Shown: in pieces, positions 1 to 10,913 of the stretch
Position numbering within the stretch: the first letter of the stretch is position 1
Layout: each line of letters starts with the position of its first letter
Origin: an uncultured bacterium
GTDB lineage: Bacteria > Verrucomicrobiota > Verrucomicrobiia > CAIQCK01
DNA: 64,000 nt
Reading direction: 5' to 3'
Assembly (NCBI GenBank): GCA_903870275.1
Contig: CAIQCK010000121.1
Coordinates: 192,461 to 256,460, forward strand
The notes under the pieces: generated by a model
The model's input: only the letters and a program-made list of their open reading frames with translations
The model's database searches: none
What the model was told of the DNA's origin: nothing
Translations under genes and position numbers: made by a program

Positions 1-5
1 GCCAG

Positions 6-3000
6 TTGATCGCCGCCGGCAGCGACTTCAACATGGTTGACACCGGTTCGGGCGAGGCGATAGTCAACGTTCAGGACGCCGCCACGGTGCAGATCTTGAA
101 ACTCCGTATGGCCAGGGGCGCCAACGCCATCGCTGTGTTCAACCAGAGCGGCGGCACTGTCCAGAGCATCAATGGTGGCACTGACTGGAACATTGGTGAG
201 ATCGCGGGCGGCTACGGCTACTACAATCTCAGCGGTGGTGTGCTGTCTGACACGAATGCGAACTTCCGCATCGGCGTGGGCGGCTGGGGTGAGATGGACA
301 TCACTGGCGGCACGTTCATCAACGCGAGCAACACCTCGGCGGGCTTTGGCGCCGGCATCATCGGCGTCTTCAATATCATGGGCGGCACCATGATCCAGAC
401 CACCAACCGCCTCGTCGCGGGCGATACTAACGGCACCATCGGCGTGGTCAGCGTGGGCAAGGGCGGCGTGATCAATGCGACCGGCGGCGGCCTCAAGCTC
501 GGCTGGAGCACGGGCGCGACCGGCATCTTCAACCTGCTCAGCGGCGGCACGCTCATCACGCCGATCGTGGAGCAGGGTTCCGGCAGCAACGATGTCTTCA
601 ATTTCAACGGCGGCGTGCTCAAAGCGGCGACCGCCAATTCCACCTTCGCCTTCACCAACGGCGGCACGGCCATCATTTACAGCGGCGGCGCGATCATTGA
701 CGCCACCAACCTCAGCATGACCATCGTGCAATCGTTGCTGGGGGCGACCGGCTTTGGCATCACGAACATCTCCGTGGCCTACGGCGGCGCGGGCTATACG
801 GCGCCGCCGATCGTCTTGATTCTCGGCAGCGGCAGCAACGCCACCGCCTACGCGCAGATTGACACCAACCCGGCTGACGCGACCTACGGCCAGGTGACCA
901 ACATCGTCGTGACCAACCCCGGCATGGGCTACAACGCCAGCAACACGGTCGTGGAGTTTATTGAACCTGGACTCTCAGGCCAGGGCGGCCCGACCTACGG
1001 GGCGCTGGCCGGCACGGCGTTGCTGGGCACCAACCTTGACGGCGGCCTGATCAAAAACGGCTACGGCGCGTTGACGCTGGCCGCCACGAACAACTACAGC
1101 GGCGCGACCCTCGTTAACGCCGGCTCGTTGGTGCTGGCATTCACCAACAACCTCGGCGGCGCACTCGGCTCCCTCGGCACCAATACGCTGACCTTGGCCG
1201 GCAACGCCGTGTCCATCGGCACAACGAACGTCCTGAGCCAGTCCTTCCTCGACTGGCTCAACGGCCGCATCAGTTCGAATTTCGGCGGTGCAGTGGTGTT
1301 GTCGGTGAACAGTTCCAGCAACCTGGCGTTCACGGGCAGCCGTCTGACCAACGCCTACCTCGGCAGCGCCTCGCTCAGCCCGGTGGTCTTCAGCGGCGCG
1401 GTGACCAACTGGGGCGATGCCGGCGGCGATGTCCGCCTCGGCGGCGGTTCGGGCTGGCTGGTTTACCAGCCCACGATTGGCGGCACCACCAACGTCTTCA
1501 TCGGCCCGGTCGGCGGCGATCCGCTCAGCACGGTTCAACTGTCCGGCACCAACACCTTCACCGCGCCGATCTGGGTCCAGTCGGGCTTCCTGGCGGTCAG
1601 CAACGACATCAATCTCGGCTCGATCGGCAACGTCGTGAACCTGGCCAACGGCGCGGGCATCCGGGTCACCAACACCTATGCGTGGGCCGGCACCCGGCAG
1701 ATAGTGATCAACGGCGGCGGCAGCATCGACGTGGACAGCGGCAGCCTGCTGCTGATGAGCAACGTCATTAATGGCGCCGCCAGCGGGGCGACGCTGGCCA
1801 AGGTCGGACCCGGCACGCTCTATCTGCAGAACAATAACAATATCGTCGGCTACAACGGCGGCACCTTCATCAGCAACGGCACCATCAGCATTGACAGCGA
1901 GAGGGAGCTGGGCACCAATTCCGCCGTCAACGTTTTGGGCGGTGTCCTTCAGATTCGCGGCCTGACCATGGTCGCCTCCAACCTCAACAACCTGGCAATC
2001 AACTGGAGCAATTTCAACGGCGGGTTGGACATCAACAACAACGCCATGGTCCTCAACCTGACTAACAACCTCGCCGGCAACGGCAACCTGATCAAGACGG
2101 GCAACGGCCTGCTGGTCCTGAGCGGTAACAACACGGCACAGAACATGATCACCGTCGCCGGCGGCGCGTTGCAGATCAGCAACGGCTTGGCGCTGGCGGG
2201 CGGCGGCACGTGGGTCCAGACCAACGGACAGTTGCAACTGGCGGGCAATATTATCACGGCCGCCGAGCCGATATACCTCTTTGGCTCGGGCATGTTTGGC
2301 AACAACGACGGCGCGTTGCGCAACGTCTCCGGCGCCAACACCAATGCCGGCTCGATCACGCTCCTCGGCGCCGCCCGTGTCAACGCGGACACCAACACGC
2401 TCCTCGTGCAATCCGGCAACATCACCAACGCCGGCTACGCGCTGACCATCGGCGGTTTCGGCAACACGTTCGTCAGCGGTGTCATTAGTGGCTTGGGCGG
2501 CCTGACCAAGGATGGCTATGGCACGCTGACGCTCAGCAACACCAATGGCTTCACCGGCGGCGTGACGCTCAACAGCGGCCTGCTGGCTCTCGACTACACG
2601 CTGGCGGGCAGCCCGGTGGGCAACATCATCACCAATGCCAACTGGCTGGCGCTCAACGGTGGCGAGTTCCTGATCCGCGGCCAGAACACGGCGGGTGTCA
2701 CCACCCAGACGTTCGCCTACCTGGCGGAGGGTGCTCCGGCGGGCGGCACTGGCATAGACAGCCCGCAATTGGTCGTCAGTAACGGCACCAGCGGGAGCAT
2801 CGTGGTCAATGTCGGCGCCATTACCCGCTCGATCGGCAACGGCGTGGTGGACGTCGGCCTGCCGCAGAATGGCAGCATCATCACCACGACCACCAACAAC
2901 AACGCGGGTCTCCTCGCGGTGGGCAACGTGCTGGTCACCATCACCAACACAGACTTCGCCATGGTGACCAACATCAACGGTTCCCTGGTGGTGGCCAAAT

Positions 3001-6000
3001 TCAACGGCTATACGAACGTTGCGGGCGGCAACCTGATTGCCAATAACACCAACAGCGTCCTGGGCCTCTGGCAGGGCGCTGGCGGCAACATCACGATCGA
3101 CACCCAGACAACGGCCATCTACGCCATTGCGGCCACCAACACCGACCAGATGGCCACGATCAACGTTACCGGCGGCACCAATGCGTTGAACACGTTGAGA
3201 CTGGGCACCAACGGTGCGATCCTGCTCGCGCCGGTATCGCGCGGATTGACCATCGGCGCGTCGGTCAACGACGGTTTCCTGACGGCGGGTTCGACCAACG
3301 CGGCGGCGGGCGAAATCGTGTTGATCAACAACTCGGCCAACAACCTCGTCATCAACTCCTCCATCAACAGCAACGGCATCGGCGCGGTGGTGGTGACGGT
3401 GGACGGCAGCGGCGTGGTGAACATCAACGGCACCAACTTTTTCAACGGCCTTTATGTTAATTCCGGCACGGTGAGCGTCTCCAACACCACGATCCTCGCC
3501 GGCGCCAGTCCGCTGACGGTGCGCGGCGGCACGCTTATCGTCAGTGGCGCAAACAACAATTTTGGCGGCGGCAACATGGTCGTGGACGCCGGCCAGCTCA
3601 TTATCTCCAACACCATCACCACCGGCAACAACCTGTTTATCGGCAATGCCATCGGCGACCGCGGCGTGGTCCTCGTCTCGTCCAACTTCCTGGGTGGCGC
3701 CAACTCCCAGTTGGACTTGGGCTTCGTGGCCGGGTCAGCCGGCGCGGTGTATCAGACCGCCGGTATTGTTACCAATGGCGGCCTTAGCGATCTGTCCCTG
3801 AATGTGGGCACCATGGGCTACGGTTACTACCGCATGAGCGGTGGTGCGCTTGCGAGTGGCAGGGTTGAATTGGGTGAAGGCCTCGGCGGCAACGGCGTCT
3901 TCGACATGTTTGGCGGCACGGCGACCGGCTCAATCTACACCATCCTCGGCGCGGCGAGTGGCAGCGGCGACAAAGTCATGAATATTTTGGGCGGCATTTA
4001 TTCCCAAACGGCCGCCAACCAGTTTGTCTTCAACTTCTACGGCGGCGGCGGGTTGACCGTTCTGAACGTGGGCGGCAGCGGCACTGTCAGCGCGCTCGGC
4101 ACCATCAACATGAACCAGGGCGGCAGCATGACGAACTACTCCGTCATCAACCTGTTGCCGGGCGGCGTACTCACCGTGGGTGGCATCACCGCCAGCAGCC
4201 CACAGGGTGCCGGCAACGCCCTGCTTAATTTCAACGGCGGCTTGTTGCAGGCCAGTGCCGCCTCGGCCGGCTTCATCACGAACATCGCCCCGGCGTTCGT
4301 TTACACCGGCGGCGCCATCATCGACTCCAGCAATTTCAGCATCAGCGCCATGGTGCCGTTGGTGGCGCCGGCCGGTTATGGCGTGACCAACATCGCCATC
4401 GCCAACGGCGGCGTGGGTTACATCGGCGCGCCCATCGTCCAGATCAACGGCGGCAGCGGCATGGGCGCCACGGCCATTGCCATTGTGGATCTGACGACGG
4501 GTGATTCGCGCTACGGCCAGGTGACCAACATTGTCATCACCAGCTACGGTTCCGGCTACCAGTCCAATGACGCCTTGAGCATCAACCTGGTCGGCGGCGG
4601 CGCGCTCCAGGCGGCCCAGCTGGGCACGTTCTCCTTCGGCACGAACAGCGCCGCCGGCGGTTTGGTCAAACTGGGCGCCGGCATGCTGACCCTTGCTGGC
4701 AACAACACCTACGGCGGCTCGACCATCATCAGCAACGGCACTTTGCAGGTCGGCATCAACGGCAACAGCGGCACGCTCGGCGTCGGCGGGGTCCTCGATT
4801 ACGGCACGCTGATCTTCTCCCGCGGCGATACGGTTTACACCAACAGCGCGCCCATTGACGGCACTGGCGCGGTCATCAACAACGGCACCGGCATGGTGAC
4901 GCTGGCCGGACTGAACACCTACAGCGGCGGCACGTGGATCAGCAACGGCGTGTTGCAGTTTAACAGCCCGAACAGCATACCCACCTCGGGCGGATTGATC
5001 GCGATCGCTACCAATGGTGTCGCGGCGTTGAACTTCGCCGGCATCCAGAACACTCTCAACACCTACTTTGACCCGAACAACACCTTCGGCACCATCGCCT
5101 TGACGACGAACAGCGCCAACGACAGCGTAATAGATCTAAGCACGGTTCCTTCCACCAACTTCTTCCTGGGCGCGTTGGGCGTGGTGAACTTCACCGGTTC
5201 CCTCGTGGCCAACGGCAACAGCATCTACCAGCTCGGCGGCGGCGGCGGCGTTCTGACCATCACCAGTGTTTTGACTGACGGCGGCTTGAATCAAAACGGC
5301 GTCGTCATCGGCGGCGCGAGTCCGGTCGGCGTCGTCTGGCTCCAGGGCACCAACACCTATGGCGGCGGCACGTTCATCAACGGCGGCGTGTTGCGGGCTG
5401 ACGAAGGTGTGGGCTTGTCGCCCTTCGGCAACCTCGTCATCAACGGCGGCGTCCTGGAGATCAGCACCAACTTCGTTCGGCCCCTCGGCAACATCTCCGG
5501 CGCCGACGTGGTTCAGGTAATCGGCGGCGGCGGCTTCAGCTCCTATGGCGGCACGGGCGCGGTCGTCAACATCGGCGGCGGCGGGATATTGAGCTGGGGC
5601 TCCGCCAACTTCAACCCGACCAACCTTATCTTGAACGCTGCCACGGCGAGCACCAACCTGACCTTTGCCAACGGCCTGAACCTTGGCGCCAATAATCGCA
5701 CCGTCAGCGTTTATTCGCTCACCGCGCCCGTCACCATCAGCGGCAACATCACCAACGGTTCTTTCAGCAAGAGCGGGCCGGGCACGCTGGTGCTGACGGG
5801 TAACAACGGCAATGGTGCCACCTACATCGACGGCGGCACGCTCCAGATCGGCGTCAACAACACGCTGCTGACCAACAGCATGATTGCCTTTGGCGATGTC
5901 ACCAACAATCCCAACGGCGGTGGCACACTCGACCTCAGCCTCTTCAATCAGACCGTCGGCACGCTGAGCGTCCAGACGACCAACAGCTTGGTTACCAATA

Positions 6001-9000
6001 GCATTATCATCGGCGCCGGCCACCAGTTGACCGTTCTCGGCAACGTGGTCATGGGTGTCAATGCGACTGCGGGAGCGCCGACCAACGGTGGAATTGGGAA
6101 TATGGTCATCAGCGGCGCGGGCAGCCTTGTGGTCACTGGCAACTCCTTCCGGGTGAGCGCGCTGGATTCGGCGCTCTCGGGTGGCGACAGGATGCTTCTC
6201 GATATGTCCGGATTGCCTGCGGCCACGATCAACTTGGGCGCCACGGGCTTGTTCCAAGTGGGTGATACGCAAACGAACTATGCCGGCGACGACACCTCCA
6301 CGGTGCTTCTGGCAAGCAATACCACGATCATTGCGGGCAACCTCAAGCTGGGACCCGGCGGTCGGGTTCCTGTTGGCGCGTTGTTCTGTCCTGTCCAGTC
6401 GCTGAGACTCGGCGGTGGCACCAACATTCTCAATGTCACCGTCATCAACCTCGGTTCGGACTCGAATTGCGAGGGCGGCTCCATCGTGTTCAATTTACCG
6501 ACGGGCACCCTGACCATCCGCGGCACCGATGGTGTCAGTCGCGCGGCGCTGAATATCGGCGCCGGCACCGCAACCGCGGGCGGGTCTGTGAGCAACGTCT
6601 TCGACGTGACGGGCCATAATGCCGACCTGTCGCTCGGCATGCTGACGATAGGCGGTCAGCCGCGCGGCGGCGCCGTGACCAACCTCTTTGCGTTCGACAC
6701 AGGCACGTTGAATATCGTCGGATTGAGGATCGGCGATCGCACCAACGTGGGCAGCGCCCCCTATACGAATACCGCCGCTTCCATTGTCAATATCGGCGGC
6801 GGGACGGTGACCATAGGCAGCAGCGGCGTGGTCATGGGCATCAACGTCAGCACGGCGCAATACGGCATCAACACAGCCGTCCTGAATATCACCAACGGCA
6901 TTGTCAACATCACCAACGGCATTTCCATGCTGACCCAGAGCAGCACCGTTAGCGCCGTCAGCAGCACGGTCAGCATCAGCGGAGGCATCGTCACGCTGGG
7001 CAGCAACATCATTACCGGCACGTCGGTGGCCGGTGGCGCGGCCCGCTCGGCCACGCTGAACCTCACCGGCGGCACACTCAACATGGGCGGTTACGCCATC
7101 GGCACTAACAACGCATGGATTGACAACGTCAACATCCAGGGCGGCACGCTCATGAACGTGTCGCAGATCAATACGGCGACGCCTTATGCCATTGTCAAGA
7201 CCAACACCGCTGTCCTCACGCTCGCCGGCAGCAATGCCTACACTGGCGCGACGGTTATCAACAACGGCACGTTTGTACTCGCCGGTTACTCCACTGGCTT
7301 CGGCGCGCTGACGGTTGGAGGCGCGGCCATGAACGTGACCGGAGGCACCGGCTATTACAACAATGTCACCCTCAATGGCGGGACGGTCTTGAACCTCCCC
7401 ACCGGCAGCTTGTTCCGGTTCACCAACACGTTCATGAACGGTTTGGGGTCGACGGTGGCGTTGCTCGGCGGCGTGTTGACCAATTCCGCGAGCACGGATG
7501 TTCTGACCAACTTCGGCACGATATATGGTACCGGAATCCTCGGCATGTTCTTGAACAACCAGCAGAGCGGCATCCTCGAGGCCACGGGCGGTGTGCTGGA
7601 GCTGACAATGGGATTCACGAATGCCGTCAACTATGGCTTGCTGGAGGCGTTCGGCACCGGTTCGGTCCTGAAGATTGACCAGGTGTTCAACAACTACGGC
7701 TCGATTTTCGTCACCAACGGCGGCTCGGTGGTGATAGGCGGTATCATCAACAACACCAACCTGGTCCTCAACAACACCACCGGGACCTTCGGAAGCCTTC
7801 AGAACAATGGCAGCATTATCGTGACCAATGGCGGCACGCTCAACGTGACTGGTAGCACGACGAACAACGGCTCGATCACGGTGGATGCCGGCAGCAGCGC
7901 CCAGTTTGACTACACGCTGACTCCTTACTCCACGAACATTTTCCTCGGAACGATCCGGTTCGCCGGCGATTTCGTCAACCAGTCGGTCATCAATACGAAC
8001 AACAACTTCAACGGCACGTTTATCTTCAACGGCACGTCGAATCCGGCGGTCGTCAAGACGCAGCAATTCGAGGTGGCCAGTCTGCCGGTGGGCACGAACC
8101 TGATTGCCACGACCAACTTCTTCGTCGGGACGTTCCAGGTGGGCGACCCGACGACGGGCAGCAACGGCTATGTCCAATTGGTGGACAACTATGACAATGG
8201 GTGGACGAACGTCCCCTTAAACCAGATCCTGGCGACCAGCAACCTCATTATCGCCCTCAGCAGTTCAGTCCTCGACTGGAACAACCGCAGCGGCTTCACC
8301 TACAACCTCAGCAACAGCGGCACGATGTTGTGGACCAACGCCGGCAACCCGGCGGGCGTATTCCTGCGGTTGGACGTGGTGAACACGTTCACCAACATGG
8401 GCACGATGAAGATCGGCAACGGCACGGTGCTGCAGCTCTCCAACGAATTCCTCAATGCCTCGACGGGCATTCTGAATCTGTTCAGCGGTGGCGTGCTGAC
8501 CAACTTCGCTGTCGGCGGCGTCCTGACCAACTCAGGCACGATCTACGGCGATGGCCTCGTGGCACCCGCTCTTTCCAACGGCGTCGGCAGCGTGGTGACG
8601 GCCAACGCCGGCACGCTGGTGCTCGGCGGCGGCATCGTCAACAGCGTCAACTACGGCGCGCTGGGCACGACCAACGCCGGCACGCTGGCCATCAACAATG
8701 CGACGCTGACCAACACTGCGGGTGCCACCATTGGCCTGCAGGGTGGCACCTTCACCCTGACGGGAGGAGGCGCCAGCAACGTCGTCAATCAAGGCACGAT
8801 TTCGGGCTTTGGCACGCATGCTGCCGTGGTGGACAACCAGGCGGGCGCGTCCATCATCGCCACCGGCGGCGTGCTGAATTTGACAGGTGGATTCAACAAC
8901 AACGCCGGCGCGGCGATTAACGCCGGCCTGCTGGCGGCGATGGGCGCGAGCGCGCAGTTGAATATCGCGCAGGCGTTCACCAACGTCGGCACGATCTCGC

Positions 9001-9995
9001 TCGGCAACGGCACGCTGACGGCCCCGAGCGTGAACAACGCCGGAAGCATTCTCGGCTACGGCACGTTCAACGCGGCGCTGAACAACACCGGCGGCGTCAC
9101 CAACAACGCCAGCGGTCGGACGCTGACGTTCATCCAGCCGGTCAACAACAACGTGGGCGGAGCGATCTCGGCGTTGAATAACAGCAGCCTGGCGTTCAAC
9201 AACGCGCTGCTCAACAGCGGCTCGATCACCGTGCAGGATCAGAGCACGGCGGCGTTCGCCGGCGCGGTGACCAACGCGGGCACGATCACGGTGCAGAACC
9301 AGAGCCTGCTGACGTTCAACGCGGGCCTGACCAACAACGGCACGCTGGCGTATGGGCCGGCGGTGAACCCCTCGACGACGATTGTCAATGGCAGCCTGAC
9401 GCTGGGCACGGGCGGCATCATCGCGATGGGCGGGCTCACCAACAACACGCTGGTGGTGCAGGGCAACTTCGTCAACAACAGCACCAACAACAACAGCTTC
9501 AACATGGCCAGCGGCGTGATGACGTTTGGCGCGGCGGGATCGCTGGCGACGAACACGTTTGAGGTGGCGGGCCGGAACCTGGGGACGAACTTCGCCGGGT
9601 TCAACAACAACTTTGCCGTGGGCACGCTGAACATGACCAACGCCATCCGGTTTGTGGATTACGTTAACAACGGCGGCGGGGGCAACTCCAACGAGGTGTT
9701 GTATGTGGACGTGCTGCACCTGTTCAACGGGGCAACGATGAAGTTGAGCGCGCTGACGATCTACGTCGGGTTGAACTTCATCTACGAGGATAGCAACGGC
9801 GTCAAGACGTTCAGCAGCGGCGTCATCAATCAGGCCAATGCGGCAAGCCTTGGCTTGTTGAATGCGACCTTTGACAACGGCGGCGAGATCGTGTTTGTGC
9901 CGGAGCCTTCGACGTATGCGCTGATGGGCCTGGGTCTGGCGGGCTTGGCGGGCTGGCGGCGGTGGAGAAAGAAAGACGGCAAGCGGCAAGCGTAG
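6..9995 (+). CDS. Giant (>3329 aa) surface repeat protein, 5'-partial. It contains many PATR (autotransporter-associated beta-strand) repeats and ends in a C-terminal PEP-CTERM sorting signal.
   Basis: The ORF is open to the window start. It begins at TTG with no signal peptide, so the N-terminus is truncated. The ~30-aa motif 'L.K.G.G.L.L.G.NtY.G.T.I..G.L' recurs dozens of times, e.g. LIKNGYGALTLAATNNYSGATLVNAGSLVL, LVKLGAGMLTLAGNNTYGGSTIISNGTLQVG and FSKSGPGTLVLTGNNGNGATYIDGGTLQIG. The C-terminus reads VPEPSTYALMGLGLAGLAGWRRWRKK, i.e. PEP, a hydrophobic helix and a basic tail. Confidence 0.85.
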   Translation: MIAAGSDFNMVDTGSGEAIVNVQDAATVQILKLRMARGANAIAVFNQSGGTVQSINGGTDWNIGEIAGGYGYYNLSGGVLSDTNANFRIGVGGWGEMDITGGTFINASNTSAGFGAGIIGVFNIMGGTMIQTTNRLVAGDTNGTIGVVSVGKGGVINATGGGLKLGWSTGATGIFNLLSGGTLITPIVEQGSGSNDVFNFNGGVLKAATANSTFAFTNGGTAIIYSGGAIIDATNLSMTIVQSLLGATGFGITNISVAYGGAGYTAPPIVLILGSGSNATAYAQIDTNPADATYGQVTNIVVTNPGMGYNASNTVVEFIEPGLSGQGGPTYGALAGTALLGTNLDGGLIKNGYGALTLAATNNYSGATLVNAGSLVLAFTNNLGGALGSLGTNTLTLAGNAVSIGTTNVLSQSFLDWLNGRISSNFGGAVVLSVNSSSNLAFTGSRLTNAYLGSASLSPVVFSGAVTNWGDAGGDVRLGGGSGWLVYQPTIGGTTNVFIGPVGGDPLSTVQLSGTNTFTAPIWVQSGFLAVSNDINLGSIGNVVNLANGAGIRVTNTYAWAGTRQIVINGGGSIDVDSGSLLLMSNVINGAASGATLAKVGPGTLYLQNNNNIVGYNGGTFISNGTISIDSERELGTNSAVNVLGGVLQIRGLTMVASNLNNLAINWSNFNGGLDINNNAMVLNLTNNLAGNGNLIKTGNGLLVLSGNNTAQNMITVAGGALQISNGLALAGGGTWVQTNGQLQLAGNIITAAEPIYLFGSGMFGNNDGALRNVSGANTNAGSITLLGAARVNADTNTLLVQSGNITNAGYALTIGGFGNTFVSGVISGLGGLTKDGYGTLTLSNTNGFTGGVTLNSGLLALDYTLAGSPVGNIITNANWLALNGGEFLIRGQNTAGVTTQTFAYLAEGAPAGGTGIDSPQLVVSNGTSGSIVVNVGAITRSIGNGVVDVGLPQNGSIITTTTNNNAGLLAVGNVLVTITNTDFAMVTNINGSLVVAKFNGYTNVAGGNLIANNTNSVLGLWQGAGGNITIDTQTTAIYAIAATNTDQMATINVTGGTNALNTLRLGTNGAILLAPVSRGLTIGASVNDGFLTAGSTNAAAGEIVLINNSANNLVINSSINSNGIGAVVVTVDGSGVVNINGTNFFNGLYVNSGTVSVSNTTILAGASPLTVRGGTLIVSGANNNFGGGNMVVDAGQLIISNTITTGNNLFIGNAIGDRGVVLVSSNFLGGANSQLDLGFVAGSAGAVYQTAGIVTNGGLSDLSLNVGTMGYGYYRMSGGALASGRVELGEGLGGNGVFDMFGGTATGSIYTILGAASGSGDKVMNILGGIYSQTAANQFVFNFYGGGGLTVLNVGGSGTVSALGTINMNQGGSMTNYSVINLLPGGVLTVGGITASSPQGAGNALLNFNGGLLQASAASAGFITNIAPAFVYTGGAIIDSSNFSISAMVPLVAPAGYGVTNIAIANGGVGYIGAPIVQINGGSGMGATAIAIVDLTTGDSRYGQVTNIVITSYGSGYQSNDALSINLVGGGALQAAQLGTFSFGTNSAAGGLVKLGAGMLTLAGNNTYGGSTIISNGTLQVGINGNSGTLGVGGVLDYGTLIFSRGDTVYTNSAPIDGTGAVINNGTGMVTLAGLNTYSGGTWISNGVLQFNSPNSIPTSGGLIAIATNGVAALNFAGIQNTLNTYFDPNNTFGTIALTTNSANDSVIDLSTVPSTNFFLGALGVVNFTGSLVANGNSIYQLGGGGGVLTITSVLTDGGLNQNGVVIGGASPVGVVWLQGTNTYGGGTFINGGVLRADEGVGLSPFGNLVINGGVLEISTNFVRPLGNISGADVVQVIGGGGFSSYGGTGAVVNIGGGGILSWGSANFNPTNLILNAATASTNLTFANGLNLGANNRTVSVYSLTAPVTISGNITNGSFSKSGPGTLVLTGNNGNGATYIDGGTLQIGVNNTLLTNSMIAFGDVTNNPNGGGTLDLSLFNQTVGTLSVQTTNSLVTNSIIIGAGHQLTVLGNVVMGVNATAGAPTNGGIGNMVISGAGSLVVTGNSFRVSALDSALSGGDRMLLDMSGLPAATINLGATGLFQVGDTQTNYAGDDTSTVLLASNTTIIAGNLKLGPGGRVPVGALFCPVQSLRLGGGTNILNVTVINLGSDSNCEGGSIVFNLPTGTLTIRGTDGVSRAALNIGAGTATAGGSVSNVFDVTGHNADLSLGMLTIGGQPRGGAVTNLFAFDTGTLNIVGLRIGDRTNVGSAPYTNTAASIVNIGGGTVTIGSSGVVMGINVSTAQYGINTAVLNITNGIVNITNGISMLTQSSTVSAVSSTVSISGGIVTLGSNIITGTSVAGGAARSATLNLTGGTLNMGGYAIGTNNAWIDNVNIQGGTLMNVSQINTATPYAIVKTNTAVLTLAGSNAYTGATVINNGTFVLAGYSTGFGALTVGGAAMNVTGGTGYYNNVTLNGGTVLNLPTGSLFRFTNTFMNGLGSTVALLGGVLTNSASTDVLTNFGTIYGTGILGMFLNNQQSGILEATGGVLELTMGFTNAVNYGLLEAFGTGSVLKIDQVFNNYGSIFVTNGGSVVIGGIINNTNLVLNNTTGTFGSLQNNGSIIVTNGGTLNVTGSTTNNGSITVDAGSSAQFDYTLTPYSTNIFLGTIRFAGDFVNQSVINTNNNFNGTFIFNGTSNPAVVKTQQFEVASLPVGTNLIATTNFFVGTFQVGDPTTGSNGYVQLVDNYDNGWTNVPLNQILATSNLIIALSSSVLDWNNRSGFTYNLSNSGTMLWTNAGNPAGVFLRLDVVNTFTNMGTMKIGNGTVLQLSNEFLNASTGILNLFSGGVLTNFAVGGVLTNSGTIYGDGLVAPALSNGVGSVVTANAGTLVLGGGIVNSVNYGALGTTNAGTLAINNATLTNTAGATIGLQGGTFTLTGGGASNVVNQGTISGFGTHAAVVDNQAGASIIATGGVLNLTGGFNNNAGAAINAGLLAAMGASAQLNIAQAFTNVGTISLGNGTLTAPSVNNAGSILGYGTFNAALNNTGGVTNNASGRTLTFIQPVNNNVGGAISALNNSSLAFNNALLNSGSITVQDQSTAAFAGAVTNAGTITVQNQSLLTFNAGLTNNGTLAYGPAVNPSTTIVNGSLTLGTGGIIAMGGLTNNTLVVQGNFVNNSTNNNSFNMASGVMTFGAAGSLATNTFEVAGRNLGTNFAGFNNNFAVGTLNMTNAIRFVDYVNNGGGGNSNEVLYVDVLHLFNGATMKLSALTIYVGLNFIYEDSNGVKTFSSGVINQANAASLGLLNATFDNGGEIVFVPEPSTYALMGLGLAGLAGWRRWRKKDGKRQA
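9896..9995 (+). other. PEP-CTERM sorting/anchor signal (an exosortase substrate motif) at the C-terminus of the giant protein.
   Basis: VPEPS, then the 17-aa hydrophobic stretch TYALMGLGLAGLAGW, then RRWRKK. Confidence 0.8.
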
Positions 9996-10028
9996 GAAGC
10001 ATCCGGCAGGAAGATTTCGCCAGTCTTG

Positions 10029-10913
10029 TCAGGGAAGTTTTACGGTGGGGGCAAAGAGCTGTTGGATGACGGGGTTGCCGGGGATGAAGAAACCCGACTG
10101 CATGGACATCCGGTAATCGCGTGGCGAGTAGCCATAGACCTTCCGGAACTTGTTGGAGAAGTGATACGGCGAGACGAAGCCGGCCGCGTCGGCGATTTCC
10201 CGGACAGGCAGGTTCGTGCGCACCAGCAACGCAGCCGCCCGCTCCAATCGCGCCAACCCCGCGCATTCCAGCGGTCCCATGTTGAGATGCCGGCGGAACA
10301 GGCGGCAGAGATGCTCCGGCGTGACGTGCGCGGCGCGGGCGAGATGCCCCAAGGTGAGAGGCGCGGGCGGATCCTGCACGAGCGCCTTGCGAATCGCGGC
10401 CAGCGATTTCTGCACGGCCGGCGGAAAATCCTCGTGTGGCTCGGAGACAATCGCCGTTCGCCCTGACAAAAAACTTTGCAGCATCAAAGTTACTGCCGAT
10501 TCCACCAACTGCGGCGGGGTCGTTGGCGCGCCGCTCGCCAGGCCGATGACGTAGCGGAACAATGGCCGCAGGATATCCTCGCTCGCGATCTGGCGGACGA
10601 CGGGCCACTGGTTCAGCGGCGGCCAGCCGGGGGCGGAGTAGTCGAAGCTGAAATGAAGGAAGGCGTGGATGGTTCGCGTGCGGACGTCCCAGTCGAATCG
10701 TTGAGTCATTCCCGGCCGTCCCAGCCAAATCGCACCCGGCGGCGCTTCGAACCGATGCTGGTCCAGTTCCACTTTCGCGGAGCCTTCGATGATCCAGATG
10801 AACTCGAAGTCGTAAAGCAGCCGCGGCCCGAAGGTCGCTCCCGGCGGATAGCCGGCGATACCGGATTGCCCAAGCAAGAGATTGTCCATCAGCGCGCTGT
10901 GCATAGAGATCAA
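10029..10913 (-). CDS. AraC-family transcriptional regulator: an N-terminal cupin-like sensor domain and a C-terminal HTH.
   Basis: The C-terminal part is 'TLGHLARAAHVTPEHLCRLFRRHLNMGPLECAGLARLERAAALLVRTNLPVREIADAAGFVSPYHFSNKFRKVYGYSPRDYR', a classic AraC HTH pair. It is divergent from the corrinoid/MtaB operon. Confidence 0.85.
   Translation of the reverse strand: MISMHSALMDNLLLGQSGIAGYPPGATFGPRLLYDFEFIWIIEGSAKVELDQHRFEAPPGAIWLGRPGMTQRFDWDVRTRTIHAFLHFSFDYSAPGWPPLNQWPVVRQIASEDILRPLFRYVIGLASGAPTTPPQLVESAVTLMLQSFLSGRTAIVSEPHEDFPPAVQKSLAAIRKALVQDPPAPLTLGHLARAAHVTPEHLCRLFRRHLNMGPLECAGLARLERAAALLVRTNLPVREIADAAGFVSPYHFSNKFRKVYGYSPRDYRMSMQSGFFIPGNPVIQQLFAPTVKLP

Noticed and set aside
975-9989. Long minus-strand ORFs (975-2768, 5136-6272, 6495-8177, 8532-9989) and the His/Gln/Arg-rich + ORF 8201-8920 inside the giant adhesin gene.
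   Set aside because: They are shadow ORFs typical of 65% GC DNA. Their translations are Arg/Ala/Gly-rich low-complexity sequence with no domain signatures. The + frame carrying the PATR repeats is coherent over 10 kb.
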